Below are positions 49,338 through 57,560 of a stretch of DNA of 64,000 nucleotides, piece by piece. Numbering within the stretch: position 1 is the stretch's first letter; each line of letters starts with the position of its first letter. Where the stretch lies: the NCBI GenBank assembly GCA_030536555.1, contig JAUNPU010000001.1:107814-171813 (forward strand), in the 5' to 3' direction. Made by a program: the position numbers and the translations under genes. Below the pieces are notes generated by a model. The model worked only from the letters and a program-made list of their open reading frames with translations, did no database searches and was not told the DNA's origin. The stretch comes from Eubacteriales bacterium (GTDB lineage Bacteria; Bacillota; Clostridia; Lachnospirales; Lachnospiraceae).

Positions 49338-49512
49338 TCTTTAAGTAAAATTACAGATTCCACATGGTAAAAGAATTTTTCTATCAGAGATTCTATAGAA
49401 TTCCATGGAATCTTATAAAGAAAAAAAGAAATTTACAATATGGAACTAGAATAAGTATATTTATAGTGTATAATAATAGTTAATAGATTAATTTATACGG
49501 GGAGGAGATGCC

Positions 49513-50763
49513 ATGAGAAAATATGGCGACTTATTATCGGAAGTTTCCATTGATAAGAATTTTGAAAAACAACTCAAAAATTTTGTTAAGCCTAATTCAG
49601 ATTTTAAAGCTGTATGGGAGCAGATTTGTATGCTAGAGAGCCAATATCAGAGTGTGCCACCATACGGGATGGATAATGAACTCAAAATTGATTTTATGGA
49701 AAATATTGTGAAAGAAACACTATTTGATGATAGTCCTAATCCATATACAACTCTATGCGATAAGTTGATACGAGATGATAAAAATGCTTTCAAGCTAATA
49801 TTGTATCCATATGCCAATAGAATATCTTTACTACAAAGCGATATAAAGATGTGTTTAAAATATAATTATGACTTTGATTGCAGACAGAAAAAAGCAGGAC
49901 TCAATCGTTCAAATGATATTTTAGAGTTAACAAGGGAAAAGGAATATTATTTACCGTTTGCGTTGTTGGAAAATCAGTATGATGATTTTTGCTCATATAC
50001 ATGGCATAGTTTATTCCAAGACAGCGATGCAATAGCTTGCTTTAGTGTCGGAGATGGGAAATACTTTAATGCTCAAATATTTCCTAGAATTATAAAATCT
50101 TTGACATATGATAATAATGAATGTCCAGTTACAAATGATGACCGTTGGCTAATAGAAAAAATTTTTGGTGTGAATACGGTATTATCTTTAATGCCAGTAA
50201 TGGAAAAATCTTATGACGATAATACTTTTAAAAATGTTATAAGTCCGATTTTGGATATACTTTTAAGTTGCAAGCCAATACATATACGAACGACTTTAGC
50301 GGAGTTAATGAGTGATGTGTTGTGTGAAATGACCACAGCAAGTAAAAATTCACCATATGGTTTAAATGTAAATGATTTATATGATAAGAATGAGATTAAG
50401 AACCTATTAGATGAATTAAATGCTACAGTTTCAAAAATCAATATAATATATATTACAATATTAAATACCTTATATGATGCAAAGGTGAAATTAGAACCCC
50501 TTGTCATGGAAATAATATTAGCAAAGGATAATAGTTCCTGTTTTGTTGAAGCTGACTTACCACAACTCTCTTTTGGAAATGATGCCAAAATAGTGACCCC
50601 AGTGATTTTACTTGATATTACTAATAAAATCGAAACAATAAATAAGTTATTGACAACTTACCAAAAAAGGAATTATAATAAAGGGGATTTAGCATATAGA
50701 TATGGTTGTATACAATATCACGCAATAAGTTTTATTTATAAAGAAATGGAAAAGTTGAAATAG
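49513..50763 (+). CDS. Orphan 416-aa protein, no recognisable domain (element cargo gene)
   Basis: Strong RBS ggggaggag 7 nt before the ATG. Soluble, Asn/Lys/Asp-rich, very AT-rich coding sequence. It lies between a terminator upstream and a ~140-bp gap downstream. Confidence 0.7.
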   Translation: MRKYGDLLSEVSIDKNFEKQLKNFVKPNSDFKAVWEQICMLESQYQSVPPYGMDNELKIDFMENIVKETLFDDSPNPYTTLCDKLIRDDKNAFKLILYPYANRISLLQSDIKMCLKYNYDFDCRQKKAGLNRSNDILELTREKEYYLPFALLENQYDDFCSYTWHSLFQDSDAIACFSVGDGKYFNAQIFPRIIKSLTYDNNECPVTNDDRWLIEKIFGVNTVLSLMPVMEKSYDDNTFKNVISPILDILLSCKPIHIRTTLAELMSDVLCEMTTASKNSPYGLNVNDLYDKNEIKNLLDELNATVSKINIIYITILNTLYDAKVKLEPLVMEIILAKDNSSCFVEADLPQLSFGNDAKIVTPVILLDITNKIETINKLLTTYQKRNYNKGDLAYRYGCIQYHAISFIYKEMEKLK

Positions 50764-50905
50764 AATAGTAATTCCAAGGAACTGTTTGCTTAAAAAGCAA
50801 CAGTTCCTTTTTTGTCGCAATTTGCGACATAAGCCGTTTTCTCAATAATATGCCATAATGTATCTGTAACCGAGAATAACTCATTATAAACGGAGGAGAT
50901 ACGAT

Positions 50906-52567
50906 ATGTCTAAGCAAACAAGTAGTGCTATGTATGATGGAAACGGTTCCCAGAATGGTAGTTTCAGGGATATTATTACTTTTACGGATGGTAGCCCCAT
51001 AGATGCCATTACCTTTATGGCTGGTGTTCCTGCGGAAATCAGTGGTTCAAAACCGAGTATGCAACTAACTAATAAGCCTATAGAGCCAGTTCTCGATAAT
51101 ATGATAGTTGTTACTCCTACAGAGCAACAAACGGCATTAGAAGCCATTCCAGCGGTTGTAGAAGCCATTCCTGCGGTTGTAAAAGCCACTTTACCAGAAG
51201 CACCTCTCACAGATGCTAGAATCCATATGCCGATACCGCTGGACAAAGAATTGTTTAAAAAATCCGAGGTTGTTGAAGTAGTGGAAGAAAAGAGAAACAT
51301 GGTAAGTGTACGTTTATACAAAAAATTATTAAATGAATATAAGTTGCGAGTATACTGTGGTGATGTTTATCTGTTTGATGAAGTGCATGGTATATATAGG
51401 AAGCTATCTACAGACGATTTAAACTATCTCATTAATTTGCATTTTAGAGAGATTATCGAAAAGTGCGGCTTATATTTGTACGATGAAATTTTAATGCACC
51501 TTAAAGTGAATTATGAAATAGCTGTGCAAGAAGCTGATTTTCAGCCATTACAATACTGGGGATTTCAAAATGGTTTTTGTGATATTTATAAAGGAACTTG
51601 TATTGTAAATGACGGGCGTTATTTTGTACGAAACGTTTTAACGTGCGATTATCATTCAAAGGCAATCTGCCCTACTTTTGATAAGTTTCTTAACTCCATT
51701 GCCTGTGGTGATAATAGAATTATTAATCTTATCTGGGAGACGATAGGGTATTTGTTTTCTAACGATACAAACGCTAAACGATTTTTTGCATTTATTGGAT
51801 GCAAGAACTCCGGTAAGAGCCTGTTGGCACGAGTTATTACCAATATAATTGGTAATGATGCTACTACTCATTTAAGTCCAAGTGATTTTGCTGGTAGATT
51901 TAGCCTTAGTGGACTTAATGGAAAGAAGCTAAATACTTGCATGGATTTGCCAAACCGTGCTTTATCACCAGAAGTCCAAGCGATAATAAAGGAGATGACA
52001 GGAAATGATATTATGTACTCAGATGTGAAATACAAAGATGCAATTAGTTTTAAACCTACAGCTAGGTTGCTGTTTGGTTCTAACTATTTAATCAAAACGC
52101 AAGAATACGATTCGGCATTTGAAGAACGCTTAATTGTAATTCCGTTCCGTTACTCCATTCCAAGAGCTGAACAGGATTTTGATTTAGAACGGAAATTGCT
52201 GTTAGAGAAAGAAGGGATTTGTTTAAAAGCAATGCAGTATTATAAGGCATTGATATACAAGCGGTATCATTTTACCGACGTTGACTTATCCAGAGAGTTA
52301 GAAAACAATATAGATGATAATAAGGTTATAGAGTATTTTGCAAATGAGTGTTGCGAGTTTACTGATTCGAAATCCGATAAAGTGTTTTCCACGACATTGT
52401 ATGAAGCATATAGAGATTATTGCCATTCTAAGGATTTAGAGCCATTAAAAAATCCTGAGTTTTCCAGAAAATTTAATGATAAATTTTCCGGTAGAGTAAT
52501 AAAAAAGAAAATTAACATCAATGGCGAGTGTTTAAATGGCTTTGTATATCTTAAATTAAAACAATAA
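50906..52567 (+). CDS. Phage/plasmid primase-NTPase, P4/D5 family (C-terminal SF3-type NTPase domain)
   Basis: D5_N-like central region and Walker A GCKNSGKS, followed by hydrophobic-D/E and FGSNY motifs typical of P4-family primase C-terminal domains. The N-terminal ~130 aa are low-complexity. Confidence 0.75.
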   Translation: MSKQTSSAMYDGNGSQNGSFRDIITFTDGSPIDAITFMAGVPAEISGSKPSMQLTNKPIEPVLDNMIVVTPTEQQTALEAIPAVVEAIPAVVKATLPEAPLTDARIHMPIPLDKELFKKSEVVEVVEEKRNMVSVRLYKKLLNEYKLRVYCGDVYLFDEVHGIYRKLSTDDLNYLINLHFREIIEKCGLYLYDEILMHLKVNYEIAVQEADFQPLQYWGFQNGFCDIYKGTCIVNDGRYFVRNVLTCDYHSKAICPTFDKFLNSIACGDNRIINLIWETIGYLFSNDTNAKRFFAFIGCKNSGKSLLARVITNIIGNDATTHLSPSDFAGRFSLSGLNGKKLNTCMDLPNRALSPEVQAIIKEMTGNDIMYSDVKYKDAISFKPTARLLFGSNYLIKTQEYDSAFEERLIVIPFRYSIPRAEQDFDLERKLLLEKEGICLKAMQYYKALIYKRYHFTDVDLSRELENNIDDNKVIEYFANECCEFTDSKSDKVFSTTLYEAYRDYCHSKDLEPLKNPEFSRKFNDKFSGRVIKKKININGECLNGFVYLKLKQ

Positions 52568-52589
52568 TTGACAGCGTGGAGGATATGTA

Positions 52590-52790
52590 ATGGAGAAAGA
52601 GTATGTACCGCTTAATTGTAAGAGATTATTGAGTATGAGCGATTTTCAAAAATATGCCAGTATCGGAAGAAACAATGCGTTTAAGCTTGTAAAACGAGCG
52701 GGATGTGAAATCCGGATAGGGAATCGAGTATATGCCGATCGAGTAGCTTTTGATGAATGGTGTTCATCTCAAACAATAAATAAAATATAA
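52590..52790 (+). CDS. Excisionase-family/MerR-like small DNA-binding protein
   Basis: 66 aa. LSMSDFQKYASIGRNNAFKLVK....IRIGNRVY.DR.AFDEW pattern typical of the excisionase-family HTH. Directly upstream of the integrase. Confidence 0.65.
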   Translation: MEKEYVPLNCKRLLSMSDFQKYASIGRNNAFKLVKRAGCEIRIGNRVYADRVAFDEWCSSQTINKI

Positions 52791-52853
52791 ATCTAAACCA
52801 TGGGAGAAGGTGCAAACCTTCTCCCACATATTTAATTTAAAGGGGGTATTATT

Positions 52854-54017
52854 GTGGTTGATACAAAAGAAAAGAAATTGCCAAAAGGTATTACACTACG
52901 GTCAGACGGTTACTATATGGGACGTTTTACCTATTATGGAGAGCGATATACACTTTATGATAAAGATTTGAAAATATTGAAGAAAAAACTAGAAGATTTG
53001 CGTTATGAACTGGAACATGGATTGTATGCAAAAGAATCAGTAATAACCATTGATGACTGGTTTCATACGTGGATAGAAGAATATAAGAAACCGACTGTCA
53101 AACAAGGAACGGTAGGAGTATATCAAGACAATTATGATTCTTATATCAAGAAACCATTTGGTAAGAAAAAACTGAAAGATTTGCGTCCAGAGCAAATTCA
53201 AAACTTATACAATACACTTAATAAAGAGGGTTACTCAAGAAATACGATAGAGTTAGTGTCTGTTGTGTTGAGTGGTATGTATAAGCAAGCATACAAAAAT
53301 CAGTTAATTCAGAAGAATCCGGTGCCGCTTGCTACTCTTCCAAAAATGACAGAGAGAAAAGAACGTAGGGTATTGTCGAAGGAAGAACAGGAAATATTTA
53401 TGGAATCGGCTAAAAATCATCAGTATTATTATACCTTTGAATTAGCGCTTTCAACTGGTATGCGTAGTGGCGAAATAAGAGGATTAGAGTGGCAAGATAT
53501 TGACTTTTCAAATAGGATTATTCATGTACGTGGCACGCTAGTACAGAATCGTTATGGTTTTTATAAGGATTTGCCGAAAACACAAAGTAGTTATAGAGAT
53601 ATTCCGATGCTGGATAATGTCTATACATTGTTGAAGCAACGAAAAAAGTGCCAATCGGAGCAGAAACTTTTATTGGGAAACGAGTGGAAGCCATTGAAAG
53701 GATTAGAAAATTTGATTGTTACTACTAATACAGGACACCCTGTAGGAAAAGGATATTTGAATAATGCAATTAATAGAATTACGCTTAAGATACAAAAAGA
53801 ATATCCAGAGTTTGAGGAACTGTCAATTCATACTATGCGACATACGTTTGCAACACGATGCATCGAGAATGGAATGGAGCCACAAGTGCTAAAAGCAATA
53901 CTGGGACATTCTAAACTTTCAATGACAATGGATTTATATGCACATGTGCTTCCAGATACAAAGTCAAAGGAGATTCAAAAGATTGCGAATCTGTTTCGGT
54001 CAGAATATGTGTCTTGA
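52854..54017 (+). CDS. int: Tyrosine-type site-specific integrase
   Basis: N-terminal SAM-like domain, a catalytic domain with R (GMRSGEIRGL), HxxR (HTMRHTFAT) and LGHS....T.D.YAH containing the Tyr nucleophile. GTG start follows aaggggg. Confidence 0.9.
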   Translation: MVDTKEKKLPKGITLRSDGYYMGRFTYYGERYTLYDKDLKILKKKLEDLRYELEHGLYAKESVITIDDWFHTWIEEYKKPTVKQGTVGVYQDNYDSYIKKPFGKKKLKDLRPEQIQNLYNTLNKEGYSRNTIELVSVVLSGMYKQAYKNQLIQKNPVPLATLPKMTERKERRVLSKEEQEIFMESAKNHQYYYTFELALSTGMRSGEIRGLEWQDIDFSNRIIHVRGTLVQNRYGFYKDLPKTQSSYRDIPMLDNVYTLLKQRKKCQSEQKLLLGNEWKPLKGLENLIVTTNTGHPVGKGYLNNAINRITLKIQKEYPEFEELSIHTMRHTFATRCIENGMEPQVLKAILGHSKLSMTMDLYAHVLPDTKSKEIQKIANLFRSEYVS

Positions 54018-54057
54018 GCATTATATTATTCCAATATAGCAAAGAAATTATGATTTG

Positions 54058-54103
54058 GTGAAAAAAGACCTATTTGCTGTGTGATTCTGAGCAAGTAGGT
54101 CTT
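54058..54103 (-). terminator. Intrinsic terminator of the minus-strand XRE gene (also separates it from int)
   Basis: 14-bp stem aagacctatttgct/agcaagtaggtctt (one G-U pair) with a tttttt run on the minus strand. Confidence 0.65.
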
Positions 54104-54302
54104 AATCCTTGTAATGTGTTGCAATATCTTCAATTTTACAATCTAATATATTGCATAATGTGTTAATTGAGTTCATACTGATGCCCTCATTATTTCTCAG
54201 CCTATGCAAAAGAGATTTACTGATATGATATTTCGAGGTCAAGGTATATTGTGTAACTCCCTTTTCTTTCATGGTTTCCCATAATTTGTCATATTTAATC
54301 AT
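54102..54302 (-). CDS. XRE/Cro-type HTH regulator (second, right-end copy)
   Basis: 66 aa. KEKGVTQYTL.....ISKS.L.RL pattern of the HTH_26/HTH_3 type. Confidence 0.75.
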   Translation of the reverse strand: MIKYDKLWETMKEKGVTQYTLTSKYHISKSLLHRLRNNEGISMNSINTLCNILDCKIEDIATHYKD

Positions 54303-54399
54303 TAATCTTACCTTTGTATATTGTTATAGTTTGATTTTACATCTATACTAAGTATGTACAAAGGTTCTGTTTTCAGACCCTCAGAGAGGAGACGATATT

Positions 54400-54732
54400 T
54401 TGAAGAGTTATATATTGCGGTTTGGAGTGCTTTTTTTGCTGGGAGTATTTATAGGATGGAATTATCCAGAGCGTAGTGTTGAAAAACGAGATTTTGAAAT
54501 TATTCATAGCTATTCATATGTAGGTGGAGGATATAAAACAACTACACTGAGTGTAATTGTAAATATAGAGGACTATGATACAGGAGAAATGTTGGAACGT
54601 GTGAAAAAATATCATTATGAAAGAAATAGTGTTTCTAATGAATTAACAATCAAATTGTATGATGGAAGAAGCGCATTTGAAAATCATAGATGCAGAATTG
54701 AAAGAACTTATATAAGTGATAGGGGGGATTAA
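54400..54732 (+). CDS. Hypothetical 110-aa protein with N-terminal TM/signal anchor
   Basis: TTG start follows gagaggaga. N-terminal hydrophobic segment ILRFGVLFLLGVFIGW. No recognisable family. Confidence 0.45.
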   Translation: MKSYILRFGVLFLLGVFIGWNYPERSVEKRDFEIIHSYSYVGGGYKTTTLSVIVNIEDYDTGEMLERVKKYHYERNSVSNELTIKLYDGRSAFENHRCRIERTYISDRGD

Positions 54733-54752
54733 TACATAATACGAGGATGCGG

Positions 54753-54781
54753 TTGACGGTATCTAAAAGAACATTTATAAT
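54753..54781 (+). promoter_or_regulatory. Element-borne outward-facing promoter resembling the host promoter at 47915-47943
   Basis: TTGACG, 17 nt spacer, TATAAT. The 30-bp block 54752-54781 is 24/30 identical to 47914-47943. Confidence 0.5.
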
Positions 54782-54875
54782 GATTTTGTAATAAAAATGG
54801 TGTATTATTGGTGTATAACTTAATTTCGCTATAATCTATCTATGACATGAGTGGAGCGAAACCTACGGTTTTACA

Positions 54876-54930
54876 ACAAAAAACCGGTCCCGAAGCACTG
54901 TCTGCAACGGAACCGATTAAAAAGGGGAGG
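54876..54930. repeat. attR direct repeat
   Basis: c-a6-ccggtcccgaagcactgTctgcAacggaaccgattaaaaaggggagg. See attL. Confidence 0.85.
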
Positions 54931-55028
54931 ATAAGTATTTCTTTTTTCTTTGGTACTACTCTCATTATCTCCTTCCTGTTCCAGATTATACACTGCACGG
55001 AAAATATTTTAAAATTAAAGGAGCGCAT

Positions 55029-56246
55029 ATGAAAAACATTATCGTTGGTCAGTCCGGCGGACCTACCGCTGTCATCAACGCCAGCCTTTACGGCGTGATT
55101 ATGGAGGCACTTTCACACGAGGATCAGATTGGCCATGTCTATGGCATGGTGAACGGTATTGAGGGACTTCTTCAGGACAAATACATGGATTTGGGAACGG
55201 AGCTTATGGCGGAGGACAGGGAGCTTCTGAAGCTGACACCGGCTGCCTATCTGGGTTCCTGCCGCTACAAGCTGCCGGAGGATTTGTCTTCTACATTTTA
55301 TAAGACGATATTTGAAAAGTTCGGTGAGCTGAATATTGGATATTTTTTCTACATTGGCGGCAATGATTCTATGGATACGGTCAGTAAGCTGTCCCGCTAT
55401 GCAGCGCAGGTGGGAAGTGATATCCGCTTCATCGGCGTGCCGAAGACCATTGACAATGATCTGATTCAGACCGACCACACTCCGGGATACGGAAGTGCAG
55501 CCAAGTATGTGGCTTCTACCGTTCGTGAAATCGTGCTGGATTCTTCCGTATATCAGCAGAAGTCTGTGACGATCATTGAGCTGATGGGCCGTCACGCTGG
55601 CTGGCTGACTGCGGCAAGTGTGCTGGCAAGAAAGCACCCGGATGACAACCCGGTGCTGATCTACCTGCCGGAGTCTGACTTTGAGCTGGAGAACTTTGCA
55701 CGGGATCTGGAGAAAGCTCTGGAGAAGCAGTCCAATGTGATCGTCTGCGTGTCTGAGGGCATTTCTGACGCATCCGGTACTTTTATCTGTGAGTACGGAG
55801 ATGAGGCGCAGGTGGACAACTTCGGTCACAAGATGCTGACCGGCTGCGGCAAGGTGTTGGAGAACTTTGTCCGCCACAAATTCGGCGTGAAGGTTCGCTC
55901 TGTGGAACTGAACGTATGCCAGCGCTGTTCCGGCATGATTGCTTCTGCTGTGGATATTGAGGAGGCTGCGGCTGCCGGTAAGGAGGGCGTGAAGGCTGCT
56001 CTGGCAGGCGAGACCGGTAAGATGATCGCATTCTGCCGTGTCAGCCAGTCTCCGTACCGGATGGAGTGCCGCACCGTGGATGTGAATGAGGTCTGCAATC
56101 AGGAGAAGCCGGTTCCGGCTGAGTGGATTACCGGAGATGCCAATGACATCGGTCAGGCATTTATCGACTATGCGCTGCCGCTGATTCAGGGCGAGGTGGA
56201 CCGTGTGATGGAGTGCGGAATTCCGAAATATCTGGAGAGAAAGTAA
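55029..56246 (+). CDS. pfp: 6-phosphofructokinase with PPi-dependent-type signature residues
   Basis: PFK family motifs GGPTAVINAS, GGNDS, PKTIDNDL and MGRHAGWL. An Asp occupies the GGxDS position and a Lys occupies the PKTIDND position. These are the residues associated with PPi rather than ATP use. Confidence 0.85.
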   Translation: MKNIIVGQSGGPTAVINASLYGVIMEALSHEDQIGHVYGMVNGIEGLLQDKYMDLGTELMAEDRELLKLTPAAYLGSCRYKLPEDLSSTFYKTIFEKFGELNIGYFFYIGGNDSMDTVSKLSRYAAQVGSDIRFIGVPKTIDNDLIQTDHTPGYGSAAKYVASTVREIVLDSSVYQQKSVTIIELMGRHAGWLTAASVLARKHPDDNPVLIYLPESDFELENFARDLEKALEKQSNVIVCVSEGISDASGTFICEYGDEAQVDNFGHKMLTGCGKVLENFVRHKFGVKVRSVELNVCQRCSGMIASAVDIEEAAAAGKEGVKAALAGETGKMIAFCRVSQSPYRMECRTVDVNEVCNQEKPVPAEWITGDANDIGQAFIDYALPLIQGEVDRVMECGIPKYLERK

Positions 56247-56290
56247 GAATAGTTGGAATCGCTGCTGCCGAGAGATGGGAGATGTAAGAT

Positions 56291-56890
56291 ATGAGCAGTA
56301 TGGGGAAGAGAACGAATGTGAACAGGAGTGAAACCGGTCAGAATCCTTACCAGAACCGGATTCTGACCATACCCAATGTGCTGTCGGCATTTCGCCTTGT
56401 GCTGGTGCCGGTACTGGTCTGGCTGTATATTGAAAAGCAGGATTTCCGGATGACGGGATACGTGCTGATTCTGTCCGGCATCACGGATATTGCGGACGGA
56501 TTTATTGCGCGGACCTTCCATATGAGCAGCAATGTGGGCAAGGTATTGGATCCGATTGCGGACAAGCTGACCCATGCGGCCATGCTGATCTGCCTGTTGT
56601 TGCGCTTCCGGTTGATGTGGATTCTGCTGGCAGTCCTGGTGGTAAAGGAGATCTTCATGGCAGTCACCGGCTGGCTGGTGATCCGAAAAACCGGGCATGT
56701 GTACGGAGCAAAGTGGCACGGCAAGGTGGCAACCTTTCTTCTGGATGCCATGATGGTGCTGCATGTGTTCTGGTATGACATTCCGGTGCGGGTTTCCAAC
56801 GGATGTATCCTTGCCTGCGTGACCATGATGGTGGTCTCCCTGGTGCTTTACGGCATGCGCAATCTGAGGGCAATCCGAAATGGAATCTGA
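56291..56890 (+). CDS. CDP-alcohol phosphatidyltransferase family protein (PgsA-like)
   Basis: D(I)ADG(x2)AR...G...DPIADK motif (GITDIADGFIARTF....GKVLDPIADKL). Multi-TM. Confidence 0.8.
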   Translation: MSSMGKRTNVNRSETGQNPYQNRILTIPNVLSAFRLVLVPVLVWLYIEKQDFRMTGYVLILSGITDIADGFIARTFHMSSNVGKVLDPIADKLTHAAMLICLLLRFRLMWILLAVLVVKEIFMAVTGWLVIRKTGHVYGAKWHGKVATFLLDAMMVLHVFWYDIPVRVSNGCILACVTMMVVSLVLYGMRNLRAIRNGI

Positions 56891-56903
56891 AAACTGTGCT
56901 GTT

Positions 56904-57518
56904 TTATACTGATAAGGTATGCAGCCGGACTTTTTTGCGGAAGAAGCCTACCACCGGGCCGGTAAAGAAAGCAGTTATCACAGTGGCGATTCCCACAACA
57001 CTTCCTGCAGAGAATCCGATGAGGACAGCCAATACATCGGTTATGACACGGGCGGTTGAGAAGCGGATTCTGCGATTTGTCCACTGTTCTATGATCTGCC
57101 CCAGGGCATCATAAGGTGCGATTCCAAGGTCGGATTCCATATAAGAAGCGACCCCGAGACAGAAGATTGGAATTGCCGCCAGCAGGAAGCCGAAGCGCAG
57201 AATCATGTGTTCTGTAAACCACGGTGCGGTGATTCCCAAATGTCCCCACATGGAGACACAAAAGTCAGAAATATAGCCCAGAGCAGCCATATTGAAGATG
57301 GTTCCGATGCCAAGTCCTTTGCGGTACCAGATCAGCATCGGAATCATCAGAAGCAGGTTGAACAGCAGCTGGCTGGTGCCATAGGGGATTCCGATGATGC
57401 TGCTGATACCGAGATTCATGCAGGTAAACGGGTCTGTGCCAAGGCTGGACAGGCGGAGCATCGCCCCGCCAAATCCAATCAGAAAGACCCCTGCCGTCAT
57501 TAAGATCAATCGTTTCAT
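56904..57518 (-). CDS. YczE/YitT-like integral membrane protein
   Basis: 204 aa polytopic protein. The N-terminal GFGGAMLRLSSLGTDPF motif resembles YczE-type proteins. Confidence 0.6.
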   Translation of the reverse strand: MKRLILMTAGVFLIGFGGAMLRLSSLGTDPFTCMNLGISSIIGIPYGTSQLLFNLLLMIPMLIWYRKGLGIGTIFNMAALGYISDFCVSMWGHLGITAPWFTEHMILRFGFLLAAIPIFCLGVASYMESDLGIAPYDALGQIIEQWTNRRIRFSTARVITDVLAVLIGFSAGSVVGIATVITAFFTGPVVGFFRKKVRLHTLSV

Positions 57519-57560
57519 AGATAGTTCATTTGTCCTTCCTGAGTCAGCAAATTCTGCTGT

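Larger units (their letters stand above)
47955..54930. mobile_element. Integrated ~6.9 kb AT-rich element (integrase + excisionase-like + P4/D5 primase + XRE regulators; satellite/integrative-element-like)
   Basis: Abrupt GC drop relative to the flanks, ~54-bp direct repeats at both ends, a tyrosine integrase next to the right repeat, and a replication gene but no structural phage genes. Confidence 0.85.

Noticed and set aside
54847-55032. 61-aa plus-strand ORF spanning attR into the pfk leader
   Set aside because: It crosses the element/host junction, so it would be an insertion artefact. It has no RBS and overlaps the pfk start region. The only part I consider worth follow-up is the minus-strand small ORF, reported as a finding.
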